Source: Octopus vulgaris (taxonomy: Eukaryota). From it: 64,000 bases of DNA. The notes under the pieces were generated by a model, which saw only the letters and a list, made by a program, of their open reading frames with translations, had not been told where the DNA came from and ran no database searches. A program made the translations under genes and the position numbers. Where the stretch lies: positions 39,928,001-39,992,000 of the forward strand of contig OX597828.1 in the NCBI GenBank assembly GCA_951406725.2, written 5' to 3'. Shown piece by piece: positions 27,210 through 39,580 of this stretch (within the stretch, counting starts at the first letter, position 1; each line of letters starts with the position of its first letter).

Positions 27210-27984
27210 TTAAAGCAAAAAGAAGAAGCAGAAGAAAAAGGCATAAAAGTAATGAGGATTTTGTTTAATAATGTAATTTGGTCTATGTTATAAAAACAAA
27301 GAGGAGGAGAAGAACAAGAAGAAGAAGAAGAAAAAACTAACAGGAAAAAGAAATGGAAGTGTCAGATATACAATACAAATAATAGCAGAAGATTGCATAA
27401 AGTGTTAGATAAAAATCTATTAATTAAAAAGAAAATAATTTGGTGATGCAACAACAGAAGTATGTGTTCATGTTGAACACAGAATGTTGTTGTTGCTAAG
27501 GCTGTGTACAATTAAATTCAAAATATATAATTTCATATAACATTCAACAAATAAACACACACTTGTACACAAATGGGGAAAACATTGATGAGGTTTTTAA
27601 GAAAAATCTTTTCTCTGCATATATATATACATCTATATTATTATATATTACTAACCTGGAGTGGTGCTAAAGTGAAATTTCAGCATTGTTGGAGAATATA
27701 AGAGATGATGTTGCCTGTGTCTCACAATGTACATACACTCCTTACTCAACCTATAGCTTCAGTAAAGCATTATGGGATACTTCAAAGAGGGGGGGGAAGG
27801 TCGCTTTATTCATAACACATGTTTCTCTGCCAAGAATTTCTGATAAATACTGACTTTTCAAGTCCTGGTTACAGATTTTTTTTTTTAAAAAGAATCTAAG
27901 TATATATATATATATATAAAAACTGAGTGGGAGGAAATGATGACAAACATTGTAATTGAATAGATTTTTAGGAAATTCAGTGAG

Positions 27985-28021
<37 letters not shown>

Positions 28022-28112
28022 GGTTATGATTAATAAAAACAATGATTCATTTAAATAAATTTCATCTCTTTCAATTTAGTGAAATATCCGCGTTTGTGAG
28101 TGAGGGAGTGTA

Positions 28113-28147
<35 letters not shown>

Positions 28148-28238
28148 CATTATTGTAATATTACATCACTTTTCCATGCTGAGAAAAGTTGCAGTGTGTA
28201 TTTGTGTATGTTTATGTAAGTGTGTGTGTGTGTGTATG

Positions 28239-28269
<31 letters not shown>

Positions 28270-28448
28270 GTTTTTGAGATATATACACACACACATTTAC
28301 ATACACACACACACATATATATATATATATGTGTGTGTGTGCATGTATATATATATATATGTAAATGTGTGTGTGTATGTGTGTATATATCTCAAAAACA
28401 CACATATCTATCTCTTGCACTATATGTAAACATATGCATGCATATATA

Positions 28449-28655
28449 CAGTAATCTCTCGGCTGTCGCGGGTGTTACATCCCAAAAACCCTAGCGATAG
28501 GTGAAAATCCACGACGTAGAAACAGTACACTACTGTACATTTTTTAAAAATTATTTTTATGATTCATATATATTTATTTTATTATAAATGCAAAACACCA
28601 CCATGAAGGAATCAAAAGCTTAATTAATAAACCGCAATAGGTGAACCATGATATA
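28449..28655. mobile_element. Tigger/pogo-like MITE remnant
   Basis: TA|CAGTAATCTCTCGgctgtcgcggg terminus and repeated gcgataggtgaa / gcaataggtgaa motif. The right end is lost. Confidence 0.55.
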
Positions 28656-28704
28656 TATATGTATGTCACAAAAACATACACATATCTGTCTATCTCTTAA
28701 TATA

Positions 28705-29114
28705 CTCTTTTACTCTTTTACTGGTTTCAGTCATTTGACTGCGGCCATGCTGGAGCACCACCTTTAGTCGAACAACTCGACCCCGGGACTTATTCTTTTT
28801 GTAAGCCCAGTACTTATTCTATCGGTCTCTTTTGCCGAACCGCTAAGTGACGGGGATGTAAACACACCAGCATCGGTTGTCAAGCAATGCTAGGGGGACA
28901 AACACAGACACACAAACATATACACACACACTTATATATATATACATATATACGACAGGCTTCTTTCAGTTTCCGTCTACCAAATCCACTCACAAGGCAT
29001 TGGTCGGCCCAGGGCTATAGCAGAAGACACTTGCCCAAGATGCCACGCAATGGGACTGAACCCGGAACCATGTGGTTGGTTAGCAAGCTACTTACCACAC
29101 AGCCACTCCTGCGC
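28705..29114 (-). mobile_element. SINE family A, full length
   Basis: Near-identical to copies at 30146-30544, 42326-42680 and 54126-54520. Confidence 0.9.
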
Positions 29115-30107
29115 TGATGTGTATCATCATCATCATTGAACATCTATTTTTCATGCTTGCATTGGTCAGATAGAATTTGTCGAGGCAGATCTTCTCTGGC
29201 TGGATGCCCTTCTCATTACCAGTCCTCACCCGTTTCCAAGTAAGGTAATGTTTAACCATGACAAGACACATTTTTTCAGGGAAGATTGGAAACAAACAGC
29301 CTCACTTGTATGATGATGGTGCTCACTTACCACCATTTTGGGCTTCCTTCAATTTCTGCCTACAACATCCACTCATAAGGATTTGGTCGGCCCAAAACCA
29401 CGACCACGTAGTTGGAAAGCAAGCTTCTTAAATACACAGCAACATCTGTACCTGTATATGTACGCATGTGTGTGTGTGTGCATGCTACTGTTTGCTTTTC
29501 ACCCCTCAACCTATCCAATTTCTACAGTTGTCACCTCCTCTTCCACTACTTATCATTCTCACCACTTGCTCATAATATTTAACCCACATCTATACCCTAT
29601 TTCCAATTATCTCTCACACCCCTCTATACTCTTGCAACCTCTACTCATCTACACTTTTTGTTCTGTCATGATTTACCTTGTATCTTGTGGTATCCAACCT
29701 CAACACCTCATCACTTCTGTTTTTATCTCTTTCCAGCTCCAGCCTGGCCGCTCCCTACAGTAAGAAACCTTTTTATGTTCTGGGACCCTTTCCTCTCACT
29801 AACCCATCATCCCATAGCATAAAGCTACCATCCTCTCTACTATGGCCCCAATCAATCGAAAGGGGTCTTTGTCCCACAGGCAGCTTGAAGATTTCAATAG
29901 TGCTGGTGCAATGACAAGAAAGTCACCCAGTACACACTGTAGAATGGTTGGTGTTACAAAGGTGTCCAGCCATAGAAACCACACCAAAGCAGACGCTGGG
30001 GTCCAAAGAAGTCTTTGGACATATCAGATCTTACCAATCTGACCAACCCAAGCCAGCATGGAACATAGCTATTAAATGATGAATGAAGATGATTTTACAT
30101 ATATATA

Positions 30108-30138
<31 letters not shown>

Positions 30139-30145
30139 ACTCTCT

Positions 30146-30544
30146 CTCTTTTTACTCTTTTACTCCTTTCAGTCATGTGACTGTGGCCATGCTGGAGCAC
30201 CGCCTTTCGTCGAGCAAATTGACCCCAGGACTTATTCTTTGTGAGCCTAGTACTTATTCTATTGGTCTTTCTTTTGCCGAACTGCTAAGTTACGGGGACG
30301 TAAACACACCAGCATCGGTTGTCAAGCAATGTTGGGGGGACAAACATAGACACACAAACATATACACATACATACATATATATATACGATGGGTTTCTTT
30401 CAGTTTCCATCTACCAAATCCACTCACAAAGCTTTGGTCGGCTCGAGGCTATAGTAGAAGACACTTGCCCAAGGTGCCATGCAGTGGGACTGAACCTGGA
30501 ACCATGTGGTTGGTAAGCAAGCTACTTACCACATAGCCACTCCT
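30146..30544 (-). mobile_element. SINE family A, full length
   Basis: Same head, body and tail as the other family A copies. Embedded in (TG)n/(TA)n. Confidence 0.9.
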
Positions 30545-30586
30545 ACATACACACACCACACACATATATATATATATATATATAAT

Positions 30587-30633
<47 letters not shown>

Positions 30634-31013
30634 TATATATAATTACCTTACTTGTAAATAAGTGTGGGTTGGCAACAGGAAGGGCATGTACCTGTACAAA
30701 AACTCTGACTCACTGTACTCACAACTGACCTCTGCCAGCATGGAAAACTAGGTGTTAAAATGATGATAATGATGATAACACACACATACACACACACACG
30801 CGCATACACACACACACATACACAGACACACACACACACATCTGTATGTCTAATGCATATATCCACATATATCATCATTATCGTTTCAAGTCCACTTCCC
30901 AAGTTGGTATATATAGGATATGTCATCAAATTCCAAGTCAGCTCTTAGTCAGAATTACTGCTTTCCTTGGAAGATTGAACACATAGACTCATAGAAAAAT
31001 TTCACTTTTGGTG

Positions 31014-31055
<42 letters not shown>

Positions 31056-31155
31056 TGTCTCTATCAGTATATGCCGATCTCTGCCTGGTTATTGTTACAC
31101 AAGTGAAAATGCCAGCCAAGCCCCAAGCTTCATATAGTTTTAAGACAAGAATTAA

Positions 31156-31373
31156 CCCTTTAGCATTCAGTTTACTCTGTCAAATGAAATTCTTATTTAT
31201 TCACATTGTTTTGAATTAATCATGCATAATCTCATAGCTTCAAGATTTTGATAATGGAATAATTTATTTTCAAAATGACATTGCAGGGTAGGTGTGAGAG
31301 GCCAGGTCTGGTCACAACATAAACCAGATAGAATATATTTTGGCTGGATATGGTCAGTTTAAATGCTAAAGGG
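31156..31373. mobile_element. piggyBac-type MITE, family A (best copy)
   Basis: Perfect TTAA|CCCTTTAGCATT ... AATGCTAAAGGG|TTAA. Confidence 0.9.
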
Positions 31374-31454
31374 TTAATATGCTTTTCTCATAGTTAGGTT
31401 GCTATACAAACTGATGTACAGGCTGCACATGATGGACTAATGTTGTGTGTGCCT

Positions 31455-31860
31455 TTTATTTATTTATTTATTATGGCAAAGTCTATGGGCCTCACCCACT
31501 CTCTTAAGCTGGTGAGACTGATATCATTTCATTAATGTTCGTTTGTGAGTCAATAACTGTGGGAAAGCTATACGAGACAGGAAGAAATTCCAGAGGGAAA
31601 AAAGTTCTGGGAAGGAAGGATTGGACATAGTGATTTGTGTGTGTTCAGACTCGACAAAAATGGTGAGAGGAGAAGAGGAAAGCAGGACCGAAATGCCCGA
31701 GTGCAAGTGACATTAGCTCAGCTAGCTTCGAGGAGCAGAGGCCATTTCAGTAGCAGCAGTAAATCTGGGGAGAAGATACAGAGTGCTTGTGGAACAAAGG
31801 CTGGGGTGTATTGGTGGGTGACTTTGTTATACCAATCATTTAGGTGTTCCTTTTCTCGAT
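31455..31860 (-). mobile_element. CR1-group LINE 3' end remnant
   Basis: Degenerate FPRT..SLWN...FP motif, 3' region homologous to 63480-63610 (gactcaca...tatca.tctcaccag), and (TAAA)n tail. Confidence 0.55.
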
Positions 31861-31890
31861 GCAGCATAAATATATAATGTGTGTGTGTGT

Positions 31891-32240
31891 GAAGGTGCAT
31901 GGCTCAGTGGTTAGAACATTGGGCTCACAACCATGAGGTAGTGAGTTTGATTCCTGGACCGGGTTGTGTGTTGTGTTCTTGAGCAAGACACTTTATTTCA
32001 CATTTCTCCGGTTCACTCAGCTGTAGAAATGAGTTGCGACATCACTGGTACCAAGCTGTATTGGCCTTTGCTTTTCCCTTGGATAACATTGGTGGTGTGG
32101 AGAGGGGAGACTGGTATGCATGGGTGACTGCTGGTCTTCCATAAACAATCTTGTCTGGATTTGTGCCTCGGAGGGCTACTTTGTAGGTGCAGTCCCATGG
32201 ACATTCATGAGCAAAGGAGGTCTTTACCCTTTTACCCTTT
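31891..32240 (+). mobile_element. SINE family E (tRNA head, CORE-like motif)
   Basis: A box tggctcagtgg, B box gagtttgattcc, gtgttcttgagcaagacacttt motif, tail (tttaccct)n. Related minus copy at 32673-33416. Confidence 0.8.
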
Positions 32241-32273
32241 ATAGTGTGTATGTATCTAATAAATAGACACATG

Positions 32274-32334
<61 letters not shown>

Positions 32335-32899
32335 TTCTATATCATTGTATTGACTAGAGGATCAGATCTTGTTATACACCACTGGTCACAATGTGCTTCC
32401 TTGCATTGCTGTAGCTTTCAAATGAAACCAACATGCTGGCTAGCTGGGCATACTTACATTCCCCAACATTTGGATGCCAGCTTGTCACAGGGTCACCCAT
32501 TTACAGCTGAGTGGACTGGAACAACATAAAATGACATGTTTTGCTCAAAAACACAACACACTACCTCTCTGAGAATTGAAATCATGATCTTGCAGCTTTG
32601 AGTGCAATACCCTAACCACTAGGCCTATATCTTTCTGTACAGTTTATATAAAGGAACTTCACTAAGTTACTTAAAGGACCCTCTTCGGTCATGAATGACC
32701 ATGGGATTGCATCTAGAAAGTTACCGTCCAAGGCACAAGTCCAGGTAAGACCAGCTGTTGCCTGTGCATACCAGCCTCCCTTCTCCATGCCATAAATGTT
32801 ATTCAAGGGAAAGGCAAAGGTTGATACAGCTTGGCGCCAATGACATCGCAACCCATTTCCACAGTTAAGTGAACTGGAGCAAAGTGAAAGAAAGTGTCT

Positions 32900-33318
32900 G
32901 GATCTTTTTGGTTTGAACGGCAGTTTTTAAAAAATAATTTTCATGTAACTAAACACTTTTAAACTTCGTATGCTGGTAGAATGTATTTATAAAACATCTT
33001 TTTCTCTTGGCTTTATTGAGAAAATTCTATAGTTTGTAAGATATTTGTTGTTATTTTTCTTCAATTTCTACAATTTCAACCAATTACTGACATCTACTGA
33101 GGTAAAAAGCATTCTGTGCCGTATGAATATGTCTCTCGTTTAAGAAACAGATTGGGTTTATTTACATTTGTGAAGAAAAAAAGATACCTTCCCTCAACCC
33201 CTAACCCTAACCCTTATAAGAGATTGAAATGCAATAGATCGATTCTAGGGTCATAATTATGGGTGACAATTTCATATGACACCGCTAGAAAAAACTGCTG
33301 TTCAAACCAAAAAGATCC
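32900..33318. mobile_element. MITE with GG termini and 8-bp TSD (Merlin-like), nested in a family E SINE
   Basis: 29-bp TIRs ggatctttttggtttgaacggcagttttt / aaaaactgctgttcaaaccaaaaagatcc. TSD aagtgtct at 32892-32899 and 33319-33326. Contains ccctaaccctaaccct. Confidence 0.8.
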
Positions 33319-35446
33319 AAGTGTCTTGCTCAAGAACACAATACACAACTTGGCCTGGGAATTGAACTTACTATCTCGCGATTGTGAGCCTGACACTCTA
33401 ACCACTAAGCCTACGCTTTTAAGTTACTTATAAAGCTTGTAAATAAAATTACACCAACGGAAATGGTAATTCAATTCAGAAATGGTTAATCCTTTATATA
33501 TTTCATTTTTACTTGTTTATAAGGTCAAACATTTTATTAGCAGACCTAGATCTTGATGAAATATTTATTTTCTTTTTCTTTTTTGTTTTCATTTTTTTTT
33601 TTATATTCTCTCTTTGAAAAGAACTGAATTCATGTGTAAATGGCTGTGAATATTTTTGTTACACATGGACTGCTGTTACTTGTGGTTAGTGTGTAACGAG
33701 AGCCTCAAGTGTACTGGTAACTATAAAAGAGCACTCAAGTGTGTATCATATAAGTTTTATTAAAGTGTCTGAAAGAGTTGTCACTTACATACTTACTTAT
33801 GACTTATTTAGAGGCAACCAAAATATCTTTTATTTTTATGTTTCACTTATTTTTGCTAGTTTATTTTTACATCAAGAAAAAGGTAGGCTCTACTTATTAT
33901 TATTATTATTATTATTATTTTTTTTTTTTTTTTTTGTTATTCAAACTTGTTTACAGAACTGTTTATGCGCTAAAAACTACCAGTCACTCGATCTGCTAGA
34001 AAAAGTAGCTAAAATTCCCTGAAATGCCACTCTACACTCTTGAAAACAGGAAAGACATTGTATAGTGTAGTCCTAGATTAACAAAAAAGATTAGGATGGG
34101 TGACAGCTGGAATATCTTTCATTACAGGTCAGCCTGATCAGGGTCGACCTGGGGTTAAACAACAGCAACAGTAGTGTATATACCTAAGATAATGAAATTG
34201 TCATGTTGAATATTATAACAAAGTCAAGTTGAACATGTGTTTACACAAGTGTTTAAAATGTAAACAAGTACAAATATACTATATATAACAGTATGTGGTG
34301 ATGTAGACACACAGTGCATGTATATACAGCAAGTACTTTTCTGTTTATATCTGTATATAGACATTTTTCTTTGATATATAAACAAACATGTATTTTTTCT
34401 TCAGTTCTAAAATGGTCCTCATTGAATTTAATGTAACTATATTTCTAAACAGTTAAAGGAAATATGAAAGAAATAGGGACACCCCTGACCCACATGGTAG
34501 TTAACCGGACTGACCAGAGCCACATGACTACCCTTGTCTTGCCACTCATATTGCATCTTTTTCCCACCCACCTCCAACTGCTGCATCCAGTCCTTCCTAC
34601 CCAGAATGTCATCCCCTTGGAACTACCATGTTTTCCCTGCTTTTTCCAAAAAAAAAAAAAGACATCAACAGCACTGATCTTATTGGTCTTGGAGGTTTCT
34701 GCAGATGCCAGACCAAACTATCAAAAAAAAAAAAAAATCAAAAACACATGGTCTACAAAACCATTAGACATACACATAGCCTTTCAACTATAGGTACAAG
34801 GCCTGAAATTTGGGGGAGGCCCAGTCAATTATATCGACCCCAGTGTTTCACTGGTACTTAATTCATCAATCTCGAAAAGATGAAAGGCAAAGTCAACCTT
34901 GGTGGAAATTGAACTCAGAATGCAAACGTGAAACGCCACTAAGCATTTTGCCAGACATGCTAATGATTCTGCCAGCTTGCTGCCTAAGTAGACATACACA
35001 TCTCACTACACTGTATGTATTGAAACAAGATGTGCTGAAAATTGCATTAAAGTGACACTGATTTCAAATTTGGGCACAAGGCCAGCAATTTTAGGGAAGA
35101 GGTGAGTCAATTACATTGACCCCCCCACCAGTGATCTACTGGTACTTATTTCATCAACCCCAAAAGGGATGAAAGGCAGAGTTAACCTCAGCGGAATTTG
35201 AACTCGGATCATAAGGAAGGTTGAAATTCCACTAAGCATTTTGCCTGGTGTGCTAATAGTTCTGTCAGCTCATCACCTTCCATTAAAGTAATATTGAATG
35301 TTACATAGAATACATTGTGTGTGTCTAAATAATATACTTGTCAGTTTGACGCCCAGTTTACCATGCTGATATAGCTTAAAGGAGGACTAGGCAGTATTTT
35401 TAGGTTTGATCAATGCCTTCTAAGGAATTTGGTAGATGGAAACTGT

Positions 35447-35674
35447 GGCGAGCTGGCCGACATGTTAGCACGCCAGGCGAAATGCTTAGTGGTATTTCGC
35501 CTGCCATTACATTCTGAGTTCAAACTCCGCTGAGGTCAACTTTGCCTTTCATCCTTTCGGGGTCGATAAATTAAGTACCAGTAATGCACTGGGGTCGAAG
35601 TAATCAATTTAATCCCTTTGTCTGTCCTCCTTTGTCCCCTCTATGTTTAGCCCCTTGTAGGCAATAAAGAAATA
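35447..35674 (+). mobile_element. SINE family B inserted in an old family A copy
   Basis: TSD ggaaactgtg at 35438-35447 and 35675-35684. Two further minus-strand family B copies at about 34785-34985 and 35060-35280. Confidence 0.85.
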
Positions 35675-38529
35675 GGAAACTGTGTGAAAATGTTGTGTGT
35701 GTGTGTGTATTTTTGTAACTGTCACTCCACAAGCTACCAATAGGTATTGGCTTGTTTATAACCCTATGACTTAGCAGTTTGGTAAAAGAGACTTAAAACG
35801 AAAAAAAATTAACACTGGTCGATTTATTTGACTAAACAAACAAGTAAAAGATAAAATGTATGTATGTGTTGGCAGCATCGTTTAACATCCAGTCCAGGCT
35901 CTTACTGTCTGTCATGGAGTGGTTTCTATGGTTAGATGCCCTTCCTTATGCTAACCACTTAAAAGAGTGTGCTGGGTGCTTTTTACATGCCACTGGCATG
36001 GGAGTGCTTATGCAGTACCGTCATGAGTGCATTAATGCAGCACTGGCACGGGTGCTTTTCAAGTGGCACCAGCACCTGAAAGGACAAGCCTGAAAGCATG
36101 GAAGACAGCGATTTTACTTAGCTTGGTGCATCTTATCAAGTACAGCAAATCACCACATCTCCCAGTCCCTTGTCATTTCCTTAGTGGGACCCAGCATCTT
36201 AAGATTCTTTCTCACCACTTTGATGGGACTCCATATAGTTTCCCTGTACCAATTCCCCTCAGTTTAAGGCTATAGTAGAAGACACTTGCAAAAGGTGTCA
36301 TGCAGTAGGATTCAACCAGAAATCATGTGGTTACAAAGTTAGATTCTTAACCACACGACAATGCTTGCGCCTGAAGAGATTTTATCCACATATTGGTATG
36401 ATCCAGAACAATTTTTCTATTCTATCATGGATGGCAGAGGCTCAGAAAATTATGTCATTTGTATATGAACTCTTTGGGTACATGCTTTTAGCTGCTAGAG
36501 AGCTTCGCTGTTGTAAGTTGACATAAGAGACACAATAGCCAAATCTCCCTAAATTATAATGTTCTGTTGTTAAATAAGAAAGGACTTATCTATTGTATAA
36601 CATGGTTTTAGATAACGTCTGAAAATAAAATAGGATCATTATGAGTTGATGATAAGATCTGTTCAGTCAGAGTTGACCTGGGGTTAAACAATGAGCCACA
36701 AAGCAGAAAGTGGTGCTTGTTGTCAGCTAGGTAGACTGAGATAAAGCAGAGTGATTTATTTATATTAATTTTTAGAGGAGGTGCATTGGTTATGTATGAA
36801 CTCTGATTGACCTCCCAGACTAGAGAAAGAAGAGAGTTATGCAGTTGATGTTTAGTTTTTAATATCTACAGGGTAAAAAAAGTAGGCAGGTAGGGAAAGG
36901 ATCTAGATAGGATCTTTGCAGGAGAGGAAGAATTTGAACTAAGTGATTAGTAAAGGATCAGGGAGGTTAAGACATCATAAGAGTGGCGAGAGGAAGGGAG
37001 ATGAATGTGTGTGAGGCTGGGTATAAGGGGATATTTCAACTCAAGATCTTATTGTGTGTATACCAGAGCTAGGCTAGCAGTAGAGTCTATAAAATACTTA
37101 TGTTGGCACTTGTAGTGATTTAGTATGTGCAATAATTTCCACAATTCTATGTAACAATTTTGAGCAAAAGGAGAACAGAAAGAAAACAAACACAAAAATT
37201 ATTAGGAAAGAGAAAAAAAAAAAAAAGAGAGAAGAATTGAAGAAATTCCAGTTATGCAAAATATCTAGAAAATGCCAGCTGGTGAGAAATTATCTTGTTT
37301 TGTTTGTTGGTAATAAAAACGTCTTTTAGGAATTTCAGTGGCACTCAAACCTGTTGATGGATTTCTTGATTGGGAAAGATGACTAATTAGAAGATGCTGC
37401 TTCATTAGATATTTACCAAGATAAAATGGTTAAACAGTACAAAAGCTCCCCAGAAATCTATGTTAATGTTAATGATTTTTTATAGAGGGACAGAGCCAGA
37501 AATTTTTTTTTTTTTTTTTTTGAAGGAGGAAGGGGGGAGAGGGGGGAACAGTGAATTATATCGTCCCTGGAATTTGAACTGCTACTTTATTGGATCAACC
37601 GAGGAAGGATTAAAAGCAAAGTCAACTGCAGCAAGGTTTGAACTCAAGAATGTAAAGAACTGTAATTAAATGCCACAAAGGATTTTCTCTAATCTACCCT
37701 TTGGAGATGGAACCGCATTTGGAGTTTCATTGTCAAGAAATTGGAGCCCTTTTCACAAACCCTACAGAGGGCATGCACTTAAAAATTTATAAAAAATAAC
37801 CTAACTATTTTACATATATCAAACTATATATATTCTTGTAGGAAATTGAAGGAACTAATACAATCTTCTTTGCCAATAGACTTTTTGGCCAACAGATTGA
37901 CCCCAATCAATTCCTAAGTGTTAATACTTATTTCATAATAATAACTAGCAGAAGCGTTAACACAGAGGGCAAAATGGAATCTTTTTCAGTTTCTTTCAAC
38001 AACTTTAAGATTTTCAATTCTCAATGAATTGTTTTCTAATTTTCTGTGTACAGATGTAGTTTTGTATGATGATGGCAACAAATTCTGTATTTATTTATTT
38101 TTTTGAAAAGTTAATAATTAACAAGATAGAAGCATCTAAAGTTATATATTTTTAACCAATGAAATGAGTCCATGTCCTCACATACGGAAGTTGAAACTGT
38201 TTGCTGCCATAGTTGTCATGGCAACAAACAAACTATCATTAAAAATGCAGCCAAAGGGAACTGTGAAAATTGAACTGGTTTTTGTTTTTTTTTTATTAAA
38301 AACAGAATTAATGAAAGCAAATAAAAAAAAAATTTAAGGAAAGAAAACAAAAGAAACAAAAAGGAAGTTTATTTAACAAAAAAAAAGAATTTAATTGAAA
38401 GAGAATGATGAAACATTTTTGACCTGTTGCTAGAAATAGCAGCGGAAATGAAATGTAAACACATGGACAGTCAATAAAAGAAAACTGATGAAATAAAGCA
38501 ATGCAATGGAAAGTTTTGAAATTAACGAA

Positions 38530-38740
38530 ATTGAGATATGCACTGTGCAGTAACTTTTGAAACAAGTCTTGTTTTTCATATCTGCAGTGCCACATAAACT
38601 CAGAGAGATACGAGTCCATTGTAGAATAATCAGGTGCCATCATACCATTTTGCAAGTTTACAAACTAAACGCTGTGTTTCACCATTCCCACAGGTTCCCT
38701 CCATACTTAGAGATTGACATTTCCTTAGGCACCTGTCCTT
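38530..38740 (-). pseudogene. Merlin (IS1595/IS1016-like) transposase C-terminal remnant
   Basis: MDSYLSEFMWHCRYEKQDLFQKLL matches the xLDSYLxEFMWRxR motif of Merlin transposases. Upstream frameshifted TGA...EGT(W)GMVK...YDGT matches TGAHTQxIExxWxxxK...GT. Confidence 0.65.
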
Positions 38741-39080
38741 ATCCATACACATCACATGACTTCTGTCTGTCTCTCTCTCTCACACACACACATGATGAGC
38801 TTCCACACAATTTCCAGATTTACTCACAAGGCATTGGTCAGCCCAGGGGCTACAGTAAAAGACACTTGTACACGGTACCACAAGCTTCTCAATCACACAG
38901 CCATGCCTGCATCTGCACCTGTAGATTTCAATGAATTAAATAACAAAGAAACCAATTTACTCTTCATCCCAAGAAGGAAAAAGGAACAAAAATACTTGCT
39001 GGGACCTAATTTCATAACAAGGCCCCAAAAACATACACTGGTATGACACCACCTATTTATTTATTCATAATGACCCTGCC

Positions 39081-39580
39081 AGTGCTGGTGTCTTGTATAA
39101 AAAGCATCCAGTCCACTCTGAGATAGTTGGTGTTAGGAAGGGCATCTAGCTGTAAAAACCATACCAAAACTGACCTCACCTGTGCTGGGGCCACGTAAGA
39201 AGTACTTGGTCATCCCTGTGAGATGACTGGTGTTAGGAAGGGCATCCAGCAGTAAAAACCATGCTAAGACTGGCCTCACCTGTGCTGGTGCCACGTAAGA
39301 AGTACTCAGTCATCCCTGTGAGATGATTGGTGTTAGGAAGGGCATCCAACAGTAAAAACCATGCTAAGACTGGCCTCACCTGTGCTGGTGCCACGTAAGA
39401 AGTACTCGGTCATCCCTGTGAGATGATTGGTGTTAGGAAGGGCATCCAGCAGTAAAAACTATGCTAAGACTGGCCTCACCTGTGCTGGTGCCAAGTAAAG
39501 AGTACTCAGTCTACTCTTTGAGGTGGTTGGTTGGTGTTAGGAAGGGCATCCAGCATTAAAAACCATGCCAAAACAGACAC
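39081..39580 (+). repeat. Tandem array of a 100-bp unit (about 5 copies) inside a family C element
   Basis: Units start at 39081, 39181, 39281, 39381 and 39481 (tgtgctggtgccacgtaagaagtactc...tgttaggaagggcatcc...tggcctcacc). Continues into the family C tail ending (GAT)n at about 39675. Confidence 0.95.

Noticed and set aside
33199-33214. Telomere or chromosome fusion site
   Set aside because: Under three repeat units and internal to a MITE.
39081-39580. Regularly spaced repeats as a CRISPR array
   Set aside because: The whole 100-bp unit repeats with no unique spacers, it derives from a retroposon, the context is eukaryotic and there are no cas genes.
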